From Malacoraja senta (Eukaryota), in the NCBI GenBank assembly GCA_038087875.1, contig JAXLNO010000260.1, forward strand, positions 62,001 through 126,000: a DNA stretch of 64,000 nt. The letters are read 5' to 3'. The translations under genes and the position numbers were made by a program. The notes below the pieces were generated by a model. It was not told where the DNA came from and did no database searches. It saw only the letters and a list, made by a program, of their open reading frames with translations. Position 1 is the first letter of the stretch; each line of letters opens with the position of its first letter. Below are positions 12,534 to 25,259 of the stretch, piece after piece.

Positions 12534-13218
12534 GTGTGTGAGTGTTTGAGTGTGAGTGTGAGTGTATGTGTGTGTGTGTGTGTGAGTGTGTGAGTGTCTG
12601 TGTGTGTCAGTGTATGTGTGTGTGAGTCTGTGTGTGTGAGTTTGTGTGTGTGTGTGTGCGAGTGTATATGTGTGTGTGTGTGAGTGTATATGTGAGTCTG
12701 AGTGTGTGTGTGTGTGTTTGAGTGTGTGTGAGTGTGTATGATTGTGTGTGAGTATGTGTGTGTGTATGTGTGTATGTGCTTGTATGTGTTTGTGAGTGTA
12801 TGTGTGTGTGTGTGTGTATGTATGTGTGTGTGTGTGAGTGTATATGTGTGTGTGAGTGTATGTGTGTGTGAGTGTATGTGTGTGTGTGTGAGTGTCTGTG
12901 TGTTTGTGAGTGTATATGTGTGTGTGTGAGTCTGTGTGTTTGTGAGTGTATGTGAGTGTATGTGTGAGTGTATGTGTGTGAGTCTGTATGTGTGTGTGTA
13001 TGTGAGCGTGAGTGTGTGAGTGCATGTGTGAGTGTGTGAGTGAGTGTGAGTGAGTGAGTGTGTGTGTATGTATGTGAGTGTATGTATGTGTGTGAGTGTG
13101 TGTGAGTGAGTGTATATGTGTGTGTGTGTGTGAGTGTGTGTGTGTGTGTTAGTGTGTGTGTCTTTGTGTGTGTGTGTGTGTGAGTCTGTGTGTGTGTGTG
13201 TGAGTGTGTGTGTGTGTA
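12534..13218. repeat. Degenerate (TG)n / TGAG / TATG microsatellite, ~690 bp
   Basis: Directly visible; lies inside the Helitron. Confidence 0.97.
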
Positions 13219-13774
13219 TATTGGAGGAGAGGTGGAATATTGCGTTGGGGACCAGCCGTCCCATGTGAACCTGGGACTCAACGGGTCCCACTTAGTCTAG
13301 TTGTAAGGTTAAAAACCAGTCCTCAGTGTGTGTGCGTGTACGATGTGAACAGCTGCAGGTTGATTTTGTTGCCAAGGTATATTGGACAAAGCCTACGCAG
13401 GCAGACCTACACACAACATGGTGATAAAGCAGATCACACCATATGTTTAACTAATAGGCCTCATTCACAGTCAAGAGTCCTTCAGCTGTTGTGTGAGCTG
13501 CTGTCAGGCAGCGGTGACTGATATCGCTGACAAACAACAGAGAAATTGCACTAATTCATCACGCACTTGCACCTGCATATTCAGTCAAATCCTATGAGCT
13601 TCTAAACTGCAGCTAGGCAGAGTGGGATCATTGGATGTTGTGACTAGCAGATAGCTGCTACACCACTGTTAGTTCTTCTCCCTCTGTGCAATGTAAAGTC
13701 GCACATACAATTTCATATGTTTCACTTTATCATTCATCATTTTACCTCTCTCCTTTGAAGAGTGTAGTTTGTGA

Positions 13775-13845
13775 TAGCTGTGACTCAGTTGGTAGCATTC
13801 CCGCCTCAAAATCAAAGGGTTGTAGGTTCAAATAATCTTCCAGAA
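13775..13845 (+). mobile_element. Degenerate tRNA-derived SINE head
   Basis: A-box-like TGACTCAGTTGG (13781-13792) and B-box-like GGTTCAAAT (13825-13833); no intact cloverleaf. Confidence 0.5.
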
Positions 13846-13934
13846 TCTTAAAAACGAAACAATGCATATTTTTAATTAATTGTTCTATATCTCTCTAAAT
13901 CATCGTCTATTTATTTTGTTTCCCTTTCCTGTGG

Positions 13935-14052
13935 CTTTCGGTCTGAATGTTCTTGATTCCTTCTCATCAGAGATGCTGCCTGTCCCGCTGATTTACTCAA
14001 GCTTTGTGTGTCTATCTTCGGTTTAAATCAGCATCTGCAGTTCCTTCCTACA
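13935..14052 (+). mobile_element. Penelope-like terminal repeat fragment
   Basis: GAGATGCTGCCTGTCCCGCTGA...TCAGCATCTGCAGTTCCTTCCTACA. Confidence 0.7.
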
Positions 14053-14744
14053 TGATATATGTATTAATTGATCCACATCATTGATACAAATGAACGGATC
14101 ATTATTTTTTGCTGTTTTGTGTTACAACATTTTCACACTTAAAAACACATTACATTGGTGTTAAAAAGTCAGTCTTGGGAATGTTGTGAAATGCAAGTCT
14201 TTCTTAAAAAAACTTGCCATGGGGAATTAAAAAAAACATATCTCCAGAGGAACATAAAGCACAAATTTTATTTCAGCACACACTCAAAACTTAACACCCA
14301 CTTTGTTAGTGATAAACTGCCTCCACTCCTTGCTTCCGTTTTGACCACTTCTATTTCTTGCATTCAATTACTGACTTTTTAATCAAAAATTAGTCACGTA
14401 GAGAAATTGCCCTTTCCAAAATATTTAATGTTTATAGAATTGCTTCAAATATAAGTTCCTGTACAACTGATATGACCAGTAATAAATTACAACTGTTTCA
14501 GGTTAGTTAACAAGGAGCTTTGTCAAATCCTTAAACAATTCTTGCTTAGAAATTTGATTACATAAAATTGAAAAGTAAAGTGCCTTTTCAGCATTATGCA
14601 TTTGAATATTTTTTTTTCAGAGTAAAACATGATAATAAGCACATCCAGATCAATTTGGATCAGTCAGATAATTCTGCAATGCACTTCCAATCTTAATCAT
14701 CTACCACATCATTATGACTGTACTAACTATCTAGAGATTTAAGT

Positions 14745-14962
14745 GGTGGCTGTGGAATTTAAATTCAAATAATAATCTGGAAGTAAAGAAAACCCTAAGC
14801 ATCACTAATGATGATCAGAAAACTACTGGATTGCCATAAAAGACACACAGGTTTACAAATGCCCCATGGACAAAAAAAAAATTGTATTCACCGGATCTGG
14901 TCTACATGTATCTCCAGACCAGCTGATGGAGTTAACTCTCAGATGCCCTCTAAAATGGCCTG
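14745..14962 (+). mobile_element. Old SINE body (chondrichthyan type)
   Basis: GGAATTTAAATTCAA...CTGGTCTACATGTATCTCCAGACC...ACTCTCAGATGCCCTCTAAAATGGCCT resembles a common shark SINE core (recognised from memory). Confidence 0.45.
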
Positions 14963-14974
14963 GAAATTATTTAT

Positions 14975-16370
14975 AGAGTCACAGCATCATACAGCGTAGA
15001 AACAGGCCCTTCAGCATAACTTGCCCACAACAACCAACATGTCCGATCTACACTAGTCCCACCTGCCTGCATTTTGTATCTGCCTCAACTACTTCCTCCA
15101 GCAGCTCGTTCCATACACCCACCACCATTTGTATGAAAATGTTACCTATCAGGTTCCTATCAAATCATTTAGTGCTACAGATCGCAGTGGAGGCTAATTC
15201 ACTGTATGTATTCAAGAGAGAGTTGGATATAGCTCTTAGGGCTAACAGAATCAAGGGATATGGGGAGAAAGCAGGAATGGGGTACTGATTCTGGATGATC
15301 AACCATGATCATATTGAATAACGGTGCTGGATCGAAGGGCAGAATGGCATACTGCTGCACCTATTTTCTATGTTTGTATGTTTCTATGTTTACAGGACTC
15401 AGGAGAGCTCAATATTTGCCTGTCTTGATGCTCACAGGACGTACGCACCATCGTGCATTGAAAGCCAACATGAGGAGTATTGTGAGCAATTTTGCGCACC
15501 ATATCTGAGGAAGGATGCACTGGCCCTGGAGGGGGTCTAGAGGTTTACAAGAATGATCCAAATATGTAGCTTGTAGGTTAATTGGCTTGGTATAAATGTA
15601 AAAAATATCCCTAGTACAGGAGAGTGTTAATGTGCAGGGATTGCTGATCGGTGCAGACTCGGTGGGCTGAAGGGCTTGTTTCCGTGGCGTATCACTAAAC
15701 TAAACTAAACTAAACTAAGAGAAAATCCAGTGAAGATTTCCTACATTGGTTCCAGGAATAGTGGGTTTGTTGTATGCGGAAAAATTGAGTGGATTAGAGA
15801 TTAGAAGAATTAATGGAAATCACATGAAAGCATACAAAACTTTGATGGAGCATGATGGGCCAGATGTAGAGAGGATGTTTCTCCTGGCTGTGTGCCAGCC
15901 ACATTCTCTTACATCTTCCGGCAACCTCGAAGGCCTTATTTCCAGCATTGGCTTAGTTCTGCACAACTCAACCACCAGCCCTGCTCCCACCTTCAATTCC
16001 AGGCTTCATGTCACTGACATAGAATATTGAACAGTGTAGTAAAAATACAGGCTCTTCGGCCCACAATGTCTGTGCCAAACATAATGCCAAGAACAACTCT
16101 TATCTGCCTGTGCATAATCCATATTCCTCAATATCCTGCAAATCCGTATGCCTCTCCAAAAGTATCTTATATGTCACTATTTTATCTGCCTCAACCACCA
16201 TCTCAGCACCTCTCAGGCACTCACTACTGTGTAAAAACCTTGCCCAACATATCTCATTTAATCGTTACCCTTTTCACCTTACAGCTAAGCCCTCTAGTAT
16301 TCAATTTTTCCATTCTGGGAAAAAGGTTCTGACTGTCTGCCCAATCTATGCCCCTCATAGTTTTATATAA
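14975..16370. mobile_element. Cluster of CR1 tail and HE1-like SINE fragments in both orientations
   Basis: CR1 tails at ~14975-15165 (-), 15185-15390 (+) and 16015-16370 (-); SINE 3' end with (TAAAC)n at ~15565-15718. Confidence 0.75.
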
Positions 16371-16397
16371 TATTCACTACATACCACGTTTTTCTTA

Positions 16398-16766
16398 AGC
16401 CCCTGTCCCACTGTACGAGGTAATTCAAGAGTTCTCCCGAGTTTTCCCCTGATTCAAACTCGGAGAATGTCCGTAGCGGGTCAGTAGGAGTTCGTGGATT
16501 TCTCGTAGCGGCTCGTAATGCTAACGGTAGGTACTTAGGAGATCCGGTAACTCGTGCCTTATTTTCATCCCTGCAAAAAATGTCCACGAGTATAAAAAAT
16601 ACACGTGTGGAAAAAAGGTTTAACTTTTTATACCTACCGCTAGCATTATGAGCCGCTACAAGACATCCACAAACTCCTACGGACCCGCTACGGACATTCT
16701 CCGAGTTCGAATCAGGGGAAAACTCGGGAGAACTCTTGAATTACCTTGTACAGTGGGACAGGGACT
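16398..16766. mobile_element. Palindromic PIF/Harbinger-like MITE with TTA target-site duplication
   Basis: Long inverted repeats AGCCCCTGTCCCACTGTACGAGGTAATTCAAGAGTTCTCCCGAG... / ...CTCGGGAGAACTCTTGAATTACCTTGTACAGTGGGACAGGGACT; TTA at 16395-16397 and 16767-16769. Confidence 0.9.
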
Positions 16767-17156
16767 TTACTCCCCCACCACCTTCAAATCAGAAGCATTT
16801 TTCTGTCCAAAGTTGTTTGCGGGGAGGTGAGAAATCATATCTCTATGTGTCTTGTTGACTTCTTTGGAATATTGGAGTAGGAAATGTACAAACCAGATTC
16901 ACTTTAAACCTGTTACAACTTTGTTACACTCTCCACGATTGGTTGATTATGGTTTTGAAGAGTTTTATTTTCAGAAAATGAGTCAGCTGATAGTTTAACA
17001 AGTAACTACATTCAATGGACATTCTTTTAAATAAATTACTTAGTAATCTTTGCATTTTAAAAGATTTAGCAGAAAATTCAATTGAGAGGATATCTTGAAA
17101 CTACACAGGAGGAATTGGCTGAAGTGCACAATTAGGCTAGTATTTTTTTCAGATTA

Positions 17157-17335
17157 ACATAGAAACATAGAAACAGAAAATAGGTGCAGGAGTAGGCCAT
17201 TTGGCCCTTTGAGCTAGCACCGCCATTCAATATGATCATGGCTGATCATCCAAAATCAGTACCCTGTTCCCGCTTTCGCCCGATATCCCTTGATTTTGTC
17301 AGCCCTAAAAGCTAAATCTAAATCTCTCTTAAATA
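17157..17335 (-). mobile_element. CR1 3' tail fragment
   Basis: ACATAGAAACATAGAAA...AGGTGCAGGAGTAGGCCATT. Confidence 0.88.
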
Positions 17336-17751
17336 CATTAGCGGAGCTGATGCCAATTACTTTAAAGTGTGGACTCACAAATTCACCTTCAGAGCCCAAC
17401 TGTTTGACGACAATGGATTGTTTCTATAAGAACAATTGATGTGAATGCACCCATTAGTTGTGCGTGTCTCCATGGCTGCCATATTGGAAAGAATGTCCAT
17501 TAGGAGAGAGGTTGCCCAAGCAGACATTCTTTAAAATGATTACCAAAATGAAGGTCAGTAGATAACTGACTTTCATTGGAAGCTGTTTTGATTCAGAGTT
17601 TTGCATTTCTAGACTTGTTTTAAGTTGTTATAATTTTGCAGCAGTAAAGGCGTTTTCTAAGCATCAGGGCTTCTCTCATAATTTACTCCCGACAGTATGC
17701 ATGTGGCCTTTCCTCTTCAAGTTCTATATGATTGGGAGGATAAATGCTAGG

Positions 17752-18243
17752 TCATGAAGTCATAAGTGATAGGAGCAGAATTAGGCCATTCAGCCCATCA
17801 AGTCGACTTTGAGTCCTGAAAAGCGCTATATAAATAAAATCTATTATTATTATTATTATTATTCAATCACGGCTGATCTACCTCTCCCTCCCAATCCCAT
17901 TCTCCTGTCTTGTCCCCATAACCCTCGACACTGAGCTAATCAAGAAACTAACAATCTTTGCCTTAAAAATATCCATTGACTTGGACTCCACAGCCTTCTG
18001 TGGCAAAGAACTTCACAGATTCACCATTCTCTGACTAAAGAAATTCCTCCTCATCTCCTTCCTAAAGGAAGGTCCTTTAATTCTGAGGCTACGACCTCTG
18101 GTCCTAGACTCTCCAACTAGTGGAAACATCCTCTCCACATCTACTCTATCCAAGCCTTTCACTATTTGTTACGTTTCAATGAGGTCCCCCCACGTCCATC
18201 TAAACTCCAACAAGTACAGGCCCAGTGGCGTCAAACGTTCATG
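17752..18243 (-). mobile_element. CR1 3' fragment containing a short + strand L2-type tail (~17805-17861)
   Basis: CR1 C-terminal coding relic; nested GAAAAGCGCTATATAAATAAAATC(TAT)n. Confidence 0.8.
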
Positions 18244-18901
18244 CAGGCATGCAGAGCTGGACCAATCACCGAAAGAGGAAGGAGCAAGAAAAGGTTGCAA
18301 CAGTTGAATTGTATAGGATTGTACAGCTGTTTTGTACAGGATTTGCTTTACCTGAAAGGGAACATGTCTGTACTTTATGATTCTGATCGTGGTAATTGAT
18401 TTTCCCATATATCCATTAGAGTGGGCAAAAGTGGGACCAGGAGTCTCAAGGCCAGTTCAAGTAGCATATAAATCATCAGACATACAATATAGAAGCTGAC
18501 CTTTCAGCTCAGTAAGTCCATGTTAATTACTGGGCACCTTTATACACAAATCCAACGCTAACTCCCGATGTTTGCAACAACTTCCCCCAAACACTACGCA
18601 GAAGGTGCAATTTCCATTGACTCACGAATCTACCCACAAGCTTATCTTTTGGATGTTTGGAAATATCAGTGCACCCACAGAATCTTAGGAAGAATTGTTG
18701 ATCCTTCTCTCCCGCCTTCCAAGATAAAACATTGGAAAAGTGAAACATCTTTCAAATTTGTCATGAAATGCTATTGTTGGATTAGGACTTCCAGACTAGT
18801 ATGAATGTAAATGACATCTTGAATAAGACGGAAATTTTTACACATTTAATATGGTTGTTTAAACAAAGATAATCACTGGTAATCTGCACAAGATTAGCCA
18901 A

Positions 18902-19300
18902 TTCATTCATTCATTCATCATCGTTGTAAACATTAGCGATGCAGTGGTGCTGGTTTCCAATGGGAACAGTGACGGATGCACCACACATCTCTGTCCCCCA
19001 GTTCCTGCGGACTTCCGCCACTGGAAGTATAGGCTTTATCATCATTCCTTACAATCCCACATACGACAGTGATCGCAACTTCTACTGAAGTGTGGATGGC
19101 CATTGGCTCGCTAGAAGCTCATCCGCCCTTTGGCAGGTCTTGCTTTTGGTCCTGCTGGGCGTTCACAGCCCCCTCCTCATCTAGCAAACCAGGTGGGGGA
19201 GACGGTTTAGTCACCGACTATCCGTCCATGGAGCAGGTAGCACGGGATTACATGGTAACCGTGGCGGAGGGAACCCCCCCCCCCCCCGACCTGACCTGAA
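18902..19300 (-). mobile_element. ~400-bp non-autonomous retroposon (RTE-like) with 12-bp TSD
   Basis: AAGATTAGCCAA on both sides (~18890-18902 and 19301-19312); (TGAA)n tail on the minus strand; no ORF. RTE assignment is inferred from tail type. Confidence 0.7.
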
Positions 19301-19467
19301 AAGATTAGCCAAGTACATTCTAAATGGCAATGAATACTTCCATAAGATTAGCATTCCTACTGTTTAGCAGTGGAAGAAAAGGTATTTCCACTCGATGGAG
19401 CCCATGTTGCTGGAGCTGTGAGGCAGCAGTTTAGTTTAATATATTTAAATTTAGAGATTGAATAAAT

Positions 19468-19615
19468 GCATAAGTTTATTGGCCAAGTATGTTCACATAC
19501 AAGGAATTTGCCTTGGTGCTCCGCTCGCAGGTAACAACATGACATACAGTGATAATTAAGAATGACACATAAAACATGTCATGTTTAAAACAAAACATAA
19601 AACAAAACATTAAAC
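19468..19615 (-). mobile_element. LINE 3' tail fragment (same family as 26560-26720, + strand)
   Basis: Shared GCGAGCGGAGCACCAAGGCAAATTCCTTGTATGTG...GGCCAATAAA. Confidence 0.75.
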
Positions 19616-19924
19616 ATCTATCTATCATATCTATCATATATCTATTTAATTTTGAAGTCACGTGAGTGACTACGTGAAGAAGCCCGCCAGCCCGCATGCA
19701 CGTCAATTCATCTAGCGCACTGGCACGAGCGGAGAAGTTTGTACTGCTTTGCAAGGTAAGTCAATTTTCACCAGGCCGCTCTATAGCGTGCCCGGGGTAG
19801 CTATGGAGGCGGCCGGGGGTTTCGGCCACCGTGGAAGCTCCATAGGAGCTACAGTGAGTAGAATTTTGCACTGCATTTTGATCTCCCCAACAGGAGAGGC
19901 AGCTAAAATTGGGAACGCGGCCCA

Positions 19925-20170
19925 AGTGGGAGCCAGCGTAGGCTCCATAAGGAGCTGGAATAGCGGCTGTTGCCGTTATAGTCTGCACGGCAGCAGACTG
20001 CCCAAATGGGAGACCGGCGTAGGCTCCATGAGGTGCTGGGATTGCGGCAGTTGCCGTTATAGTCTGCACGGCAGCAGACTGCCCTATGGGAGACCAGCGC
20101 AAGGCTCCATATGGAGCTGGGAGTGCAGCTGTTGCCGTTATACGGTAGCAGACGGGTCAAATGGGAGACC
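19925..20170. repeat. ~80-81 bp tandem repeat (~3 copies)
   Basis: GTTGCCGTTATAGTCTGCACGGCAGCAGACTGCCC repeated; GGGAG at 19928, 20008 and 20088. Confidence 0.9.
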
Positions 20171-21189
20171 GCCGGCTACGTTAAGTGTTACAGCTGCCGG
20201 TATCAGAGCTCCATACGGGAGCAGGCAGCCAGAGTCAGAAACAGCGTGGGGCTCCATAGGAGCTAAAATTCATAATTGCGGCTGCCGGCAGCCAGGTCTT
20301 TTTTTGCTGCAGGAGATCGCCAGCAGCAGGTGAGTTTTAAAATAGCTTAGGAAGCTCAGCCTGCCGTAGCACCGTACAATTTTAACAGTTACTGCTACAG
20401 CTTTGCTAGAGCAGCATACAGTGTATACTTTATTTTGGACGGCTATAATAGAGGTGGCATTAATAACAGTTGCCACTGGGTCACGTTTGTGACTATCATA
20501 ACCAATAGCTTTCTAAAGTCATGTTTAATGATTGGCAATATCTTATCATGCCAATAAAGTTTTAAAAGAGATAATTACAAAGGACATTTATTATCACTTA
20601 CACCTATGGTGTAGTGAAATTGGACGCCATTGCAGTCCAGAGCTCCTGGCTTGGGAAGCCTTGTTTGAGCTGTGCCTATCAGTCACCTGTGGGAGCTACA
20701 CCAGGTGGTGTCATGATAATTTCCGCTCATTACAGGGGACTGTGGAAGATTCTTTTACAAAAGACTACAACTATATGCATATCAATAAAGTAGTCAAATC
20801 TCTGATTTTATAGGGATAGCTTTCTTTTAATCATATGTACTTCATTACCTATAACAACATCTGGCAGGGTTGCAGTATTTCTCCCACTCTGTCTGGCATT
20901 TGGAGGCCAGAGGTGCTCCAGTCCTTCCCTGTAAAAATCCGTTGGATCCGGAAGAGAGTAAGGACTCGGAGTCACTAGCAGGTGCAGTCTGTTTGATAAA
21001 TCATGATAACAACAGAGCACCGATCTGCAGCTAGTCTTGGTTCGACTGCTAAAGGAAGCAACCTGACAACCCCAAGTCGGGGCAAAGTCATAGCTAAGTC
21101 TTGGGACATCTATAGCAGATGTGATTGGGCTTTGTCCCAATTAGAACATCTGATGTATCAAATTATAACACAAGGAATACAAAGGCATG

Positions 21190-21440
21190 TCAGGCTCCTG
21201 GTTCAGGGTTGCAAATTTTCATCCCACTCAGGTGAAAGGAGTGATGGAGATGGTGCCAAAGTATATACACATAAGCCTGAAGCAGCTCCTGGTTCAGGGT
21301 TGCAATCTTCCTCCCACTCGGTTGAACATAGTGATGGAGATGGTGCCAAAGTATATGCACACATGCCTGAGGCAGCTCTTGGTTCAGGGTTGCATAAGTC
21401 CTCCCACTCTGATGTATGAAGTGATAAAGATGGAGCCATA
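21190..21440. repeat. ~90-bp tandem repeat (~3 copies, weaker copies to ~21645)
   Basis: GGTTCAGGGTTGCA at ~21200, 21291 and 21381; GATGGAGATGGTGCCAAAGTATAT at 21243 and 21333. Confidence 0.9.
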
Positions 21441-23900
21441 TATATTATCCTCCGTATTACAGGTGGTTCAAGTCATATGCCTGTAGCTGCCCTGGTTTCA
21501 GGGTTCGTATTTTTCCTCCCATCCAAAAGACTATCGGAGATGGTGTCACAAAATATGCTCAGTATTACGGAAGCATGCACAGACAGTCCGAGGCATACGG
21601 ATATGGCAACGTCTGGTTCAGGGTGCAATATTTCTCCCACTCTAAGAGAGTGTCAGAGATCAGTACGGACTGACTCCAAACATGAGCTCAAACATGACTA
21701 TGTGCCTGGATCCCATGCTTTAATGCATGATGTACAACAATCGCATGAGGAAAAGCTGTGTGCTCTAGCCTCTAAAATTGCTATTCCCTTGGGGACGGAC
21801 AAGCCACTCCAAGAGAGGTTGGCCAGCGGCATCACCTATCTAACAGAAATGACAAGCATGATGGGCAGAGTCTGCAATTGGAACTTCGCTGAAGCTCTAA
21901 CAAAGGAAATCGACCTGGGGTTAGAGACGCTGGTAAGTATGGTCTCGTTATTAACCTCCGTAAACTCCGAAATGGAGCAGTCTGTTGGCCCAGCTTGGGT
22001 TTACTGCCGGCATGGGCTGCCTAGTCATTTTTTCACGGTCTCTGGGATAAGATCAGGTTGATGTAGAGACATTGGCAAGGTGCCTTACACAGTAACCTCT
22101 GTAAGTTCCAAGTAGGAACAGTTTGGTTACCCTGGATCGGGGTAGACCATCATGAAACTGGCTGGCCATATGAGTCATAGTGACAAGAGAAGCACTGCTT
22201 CATCAGCTATGAGAGATTATCAGACTGGTCAATAGAATAAAGTAGTTGAAGTTTTTCTCAACATATGGTTTAATTCTCCTCAGTTAGCAGAGTTACTGGT
22301 TCACTGGAATCATCATTGCCATCCTCTCTGGGACAGGTAGTTACCAGCAGAAAGCTCGTCTGGCATATATTATAACTTTATCTGACCTGCAGGTTCATGT
22401 TGTGGATCAACAATGTATTCATAATAATCCATAGGCTCTCAATACCAGTATTCCTGATTGAGTGGTGGGTCGAAGAGATTGTGTTATGCACTCTGGAGAC
22501 TTAGACATGTGGTCTCAGTCAAAGGACTGCGAGGTAATTCTTGATTCAGCGTTGCATTATACTAATCTCCACTCTGAAGGAAAACGCTATGTATTCATGG
22601 TGACTCTTAGTCAAGAGTTGACAGGGAACTTGTATTCTCACATCTAAGGGAGACTGTGGTTTCAGCTCTAGTCATTAGCTGCTGATTATATATTATCAGC
22701 GATATGTATGAATAACTAGATAATGCATCTTCCGCAGGTAGGAAAGCCTAAACATTTCCGTCCGTAGGATCAATAGAGGAACTGCGGTTCCGAATGCAAT
22801 CAGTGACAACTCATCCGAGGATGAGTGGTCTGGCCAAGGACTAGAGGGGTATATTTCTTAAAGTACAGAAATATGGTGCAGGCCGAATCGGGTTACCATT
22901 AGGCTAATCAAATTGTGGGTTTACTTACCCAGTCTAAGATGGATGATTGGGTGTCTGCAATTTAACTCTCAGAGAATCGATCTTGTAGTTGCATACTCTG
23001 TCAGAAATGTATCTCCTTGAAAACCAGATGCTGAAACGGGGAATACATATTTCAGTAGAGATTTCCCTTGTGATTTTAGAAATCCACTGTACATTTGGTA
23101 CATTATTTTCCTGACTTTTTTAATTAAAATTGTTGACCAATCTGACCTTTTTAAAAAATCTGACCGCTGCCCAGCTGCTGACGTTACAATAACAGTGACA
23201 TTTTTACATCTTCTGATAGAAATTTTCCTTATGATTTCAAAAATCCAATCCTTATTTCCCGAGATATTTTCGAAAATTTATAACCAAACTGACATTTAAA
23301 AAAAATATTAAGGTTGCCCAGCTACTGACCTCACAATGCCTTTGCACCTGGCCCAACTGCCTCCTGGCCCCACCTGGCCCTGCCCCCCCCCCCACCTGCT
23401 TCCTGGCCCCGCCCCCCCGCCTGCTAGGTTGTTGATTCCTTTGTTTTTCATTGAATTTAATTGAATTATTTCTCACTTAACATCACTAATTCTTTTTTTT
23501 TGTGATAATATTTTTAATTGGAGGTAAATACATATCATATTAAAATGGTTACCAGTTTTTCATTTCTAAATTAATAATATTGTCAAACATTATTCACATA
23601 GTCTCCAATGATTTTTTTTTTTAAGTAAATAGAAATAAAAAGATAGGTGAAAGAAAGAAAGAAATGAGAGAAAAGAAAAGAAGTAAAAAAAAGAAAGAAA
23701 AAAAGAAAGAGATAATAAGAAGAATGGAATAACTTACTAAGATAAAAAACTTCATTCGAGATATATTCGTACATTTCAGAGTATAACTCATTTCAGTGAC
23801 AACTCATCCGAGTATGAGTGGTCTGGCCAAGGACTAGAGGGGTATATTTCTTAAGATTACAGAAATATGGTGCAGGCTGGTTCATTGGAACCAGCCTCCA

Positions 23901-24100
23901 NNNNNNNNNNNNNNNNNNNNNNNNNNNNNNNNNNNNNNNNNNNNNNNNNNNNNNNNNNNNNNNNNNNNNNNNNNNNNNNNNNNNNNNNNNNNNNNNNNNN
24001 NNNNNNNNNNNNNNNNNNNNNNNNNNNNNNNNNNNNNNNNNNNNNNNNNNNNNNNNNNNNNNNNNNNNNNNNNNNNNNNNNNNNNNNNNNNNNNNNNNNN
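23901..24100. other. Assembly gap (200 N)
   Basis: Run of N. Confidence 1.
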
Positions 24101-24524
24101 GATAAATACAAAAATAAATACAATGATTTGTGCAAAACAGCAGAATGGTGCACAATTGTAGTGCAATCTGAAGTAGTTTAAAACATAATGTAAATAATGA
24201 AATAATTGAATGATGTAGATTTAAGAGTTAAATTATCTACACCTCTGAGAAAGCGATCTGCAAAGGAGATTAGTTCAGGGATCAATAGCAGTAGGTAAGA
24301 AGCTGTTCTTAAGTCTGGACCTTACATTTTCAAACCTTTGTATCTTCTCCCAGAAGTTAGTAAATTGGGAGCAGAATGACCAGGGTGGCAGGCATCCTTG
24401 ACAATGTTTCCAGACGTCCTGATGCAACACACTAAGATGGTCTGGATGGAATGAAGAGATGGACTGGGCCGGCGTCACCGCTCTCTACAGGTTCAGGAAG
24501 TCAAGAGCAGAGCAGCTGCTATAC

Positions 24525-24621
24525 CTGAAGAAGGGTCTGAAGAAGGGTCTCAACCCTACACCCATTCTTTCTTTCCAGAGATGCTGCCTGTCCCGCTGAG
24601 TTACTCCAGCATTTTGTGTCT
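24525..24621 (+). mobile_element. Monomeric Penelope-like hammerhead-repeat insertion with 11-bp TSD
   Basis: Starts CTGAAGAAGGGT; flanked by AGCTGCTATAC (24514-24524) and AGCTGTTATAC (24622-24632). Confidence 0.75.
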
Positions 24622-25259
24622 AGCTGTTATACGAAGCTGAGATGCATCCCATCAGAATATTTTCTAAAGTGTATTTGTAGCAGTTTGAGAGAATTCTTGT
24701 GGACATGCCGACTACTTTCAGGAGGCCTGAGAAAGTAAATCCACGTATACACATTTTGATCACTGTGAAGGGAGCAAGTTTGGTTGCTGTGTGGTATGGA
24801 TGCCTTGGCACTTGAAGCTTGACCATCTCTTCAGCAACTCCATTGATGAGAGCAGAGTTGTGTCCACTCCATTGCTCTCTTAGGTCAACAACCAATTCTT
24901 TCATCTTGCGAATGTTAAAGGCTGAGATGTTTTCTTGACACTATGACTGACAAGGTTCTCACCCTCTTCCCTGTATGTCGGCACATAGTTGTTGTTGATC
25001 CAACAGAGGTATCAATGACAAACTTAAAGATCGGGTGGCTGTTGTACTTGGTCACACAGTCATGGATGTACAGGGAGTAGGACAAAGGATGGAGCACAAA
25101 ACCCTGAGGGTTACCAGTGTTGAGGGCCAGGATTGAGGAAATATTATAACCAATTTTAACTGACTGATGTCCATCAATCAGAATGTTCAGAAGTCTGTTG
25201 CAGATGGAGATCCCAAGGCAAAGTTGAGAAGTTTAGGGATGCATTTGTTCACTATTATG

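Larger units (their letters stand above)
11659..13300 (+). mobile_element. Non-autonomous Helitron
   Basis: 5' A|TCTATATAATTAAAAG; 3' GGGAC..GTCCC hairpin ~10 nt before CTAG|T; inserted in an AT dinucleotide without TSD; second copy at 59606-60929. Confidence 0.85.
19640..22900 (+). mobile_element. Highly rearranged retroelement relic, possibly DIRS-like, with internal tandem repeats
   Basis: CpG-rich head GTCACGTGAGTGACTACGTGAAG; ~81-bp and ~90-bp tandem units; weak gag-like stretches. No RT or recombinase motif could be read. Confidence 0.4.

Noticed and set aside
12431..13291. Long His/Thr-rich ORFs (up to 286 aa)
   Set aside because: Translation of the (CA)n/(TG)n microsatellite inside the Helitron.
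13775..13845. Possible tRNA gene
   Set aside because: A/B-box remnants only; acceptor and T stems do not pair, consistent with a SINE head.
19150..19300. HDV-like ribozyme at the 5' end of the RTE-like insert
   Set aside because: A CTAA plus ACGGT/ACCGT pairing is present, but P1, P3 and P1.1 could not be assembled in the required order.
18245..19420. Two small minus-strand candidate exons (APATWAPSSGNTFSSTAK; GKANPVQNSCTILYNSTVATFSCSFLFR, faintly like an Ig secretory tail)
   Set aside because: Splice phases are incompatible, the canonical penultimate Cys is missing, and no Ig domain exons are present in the window.
23793..24181. ORFs spanning the N run
   Set aside because: Artefacts of the assembly gap.
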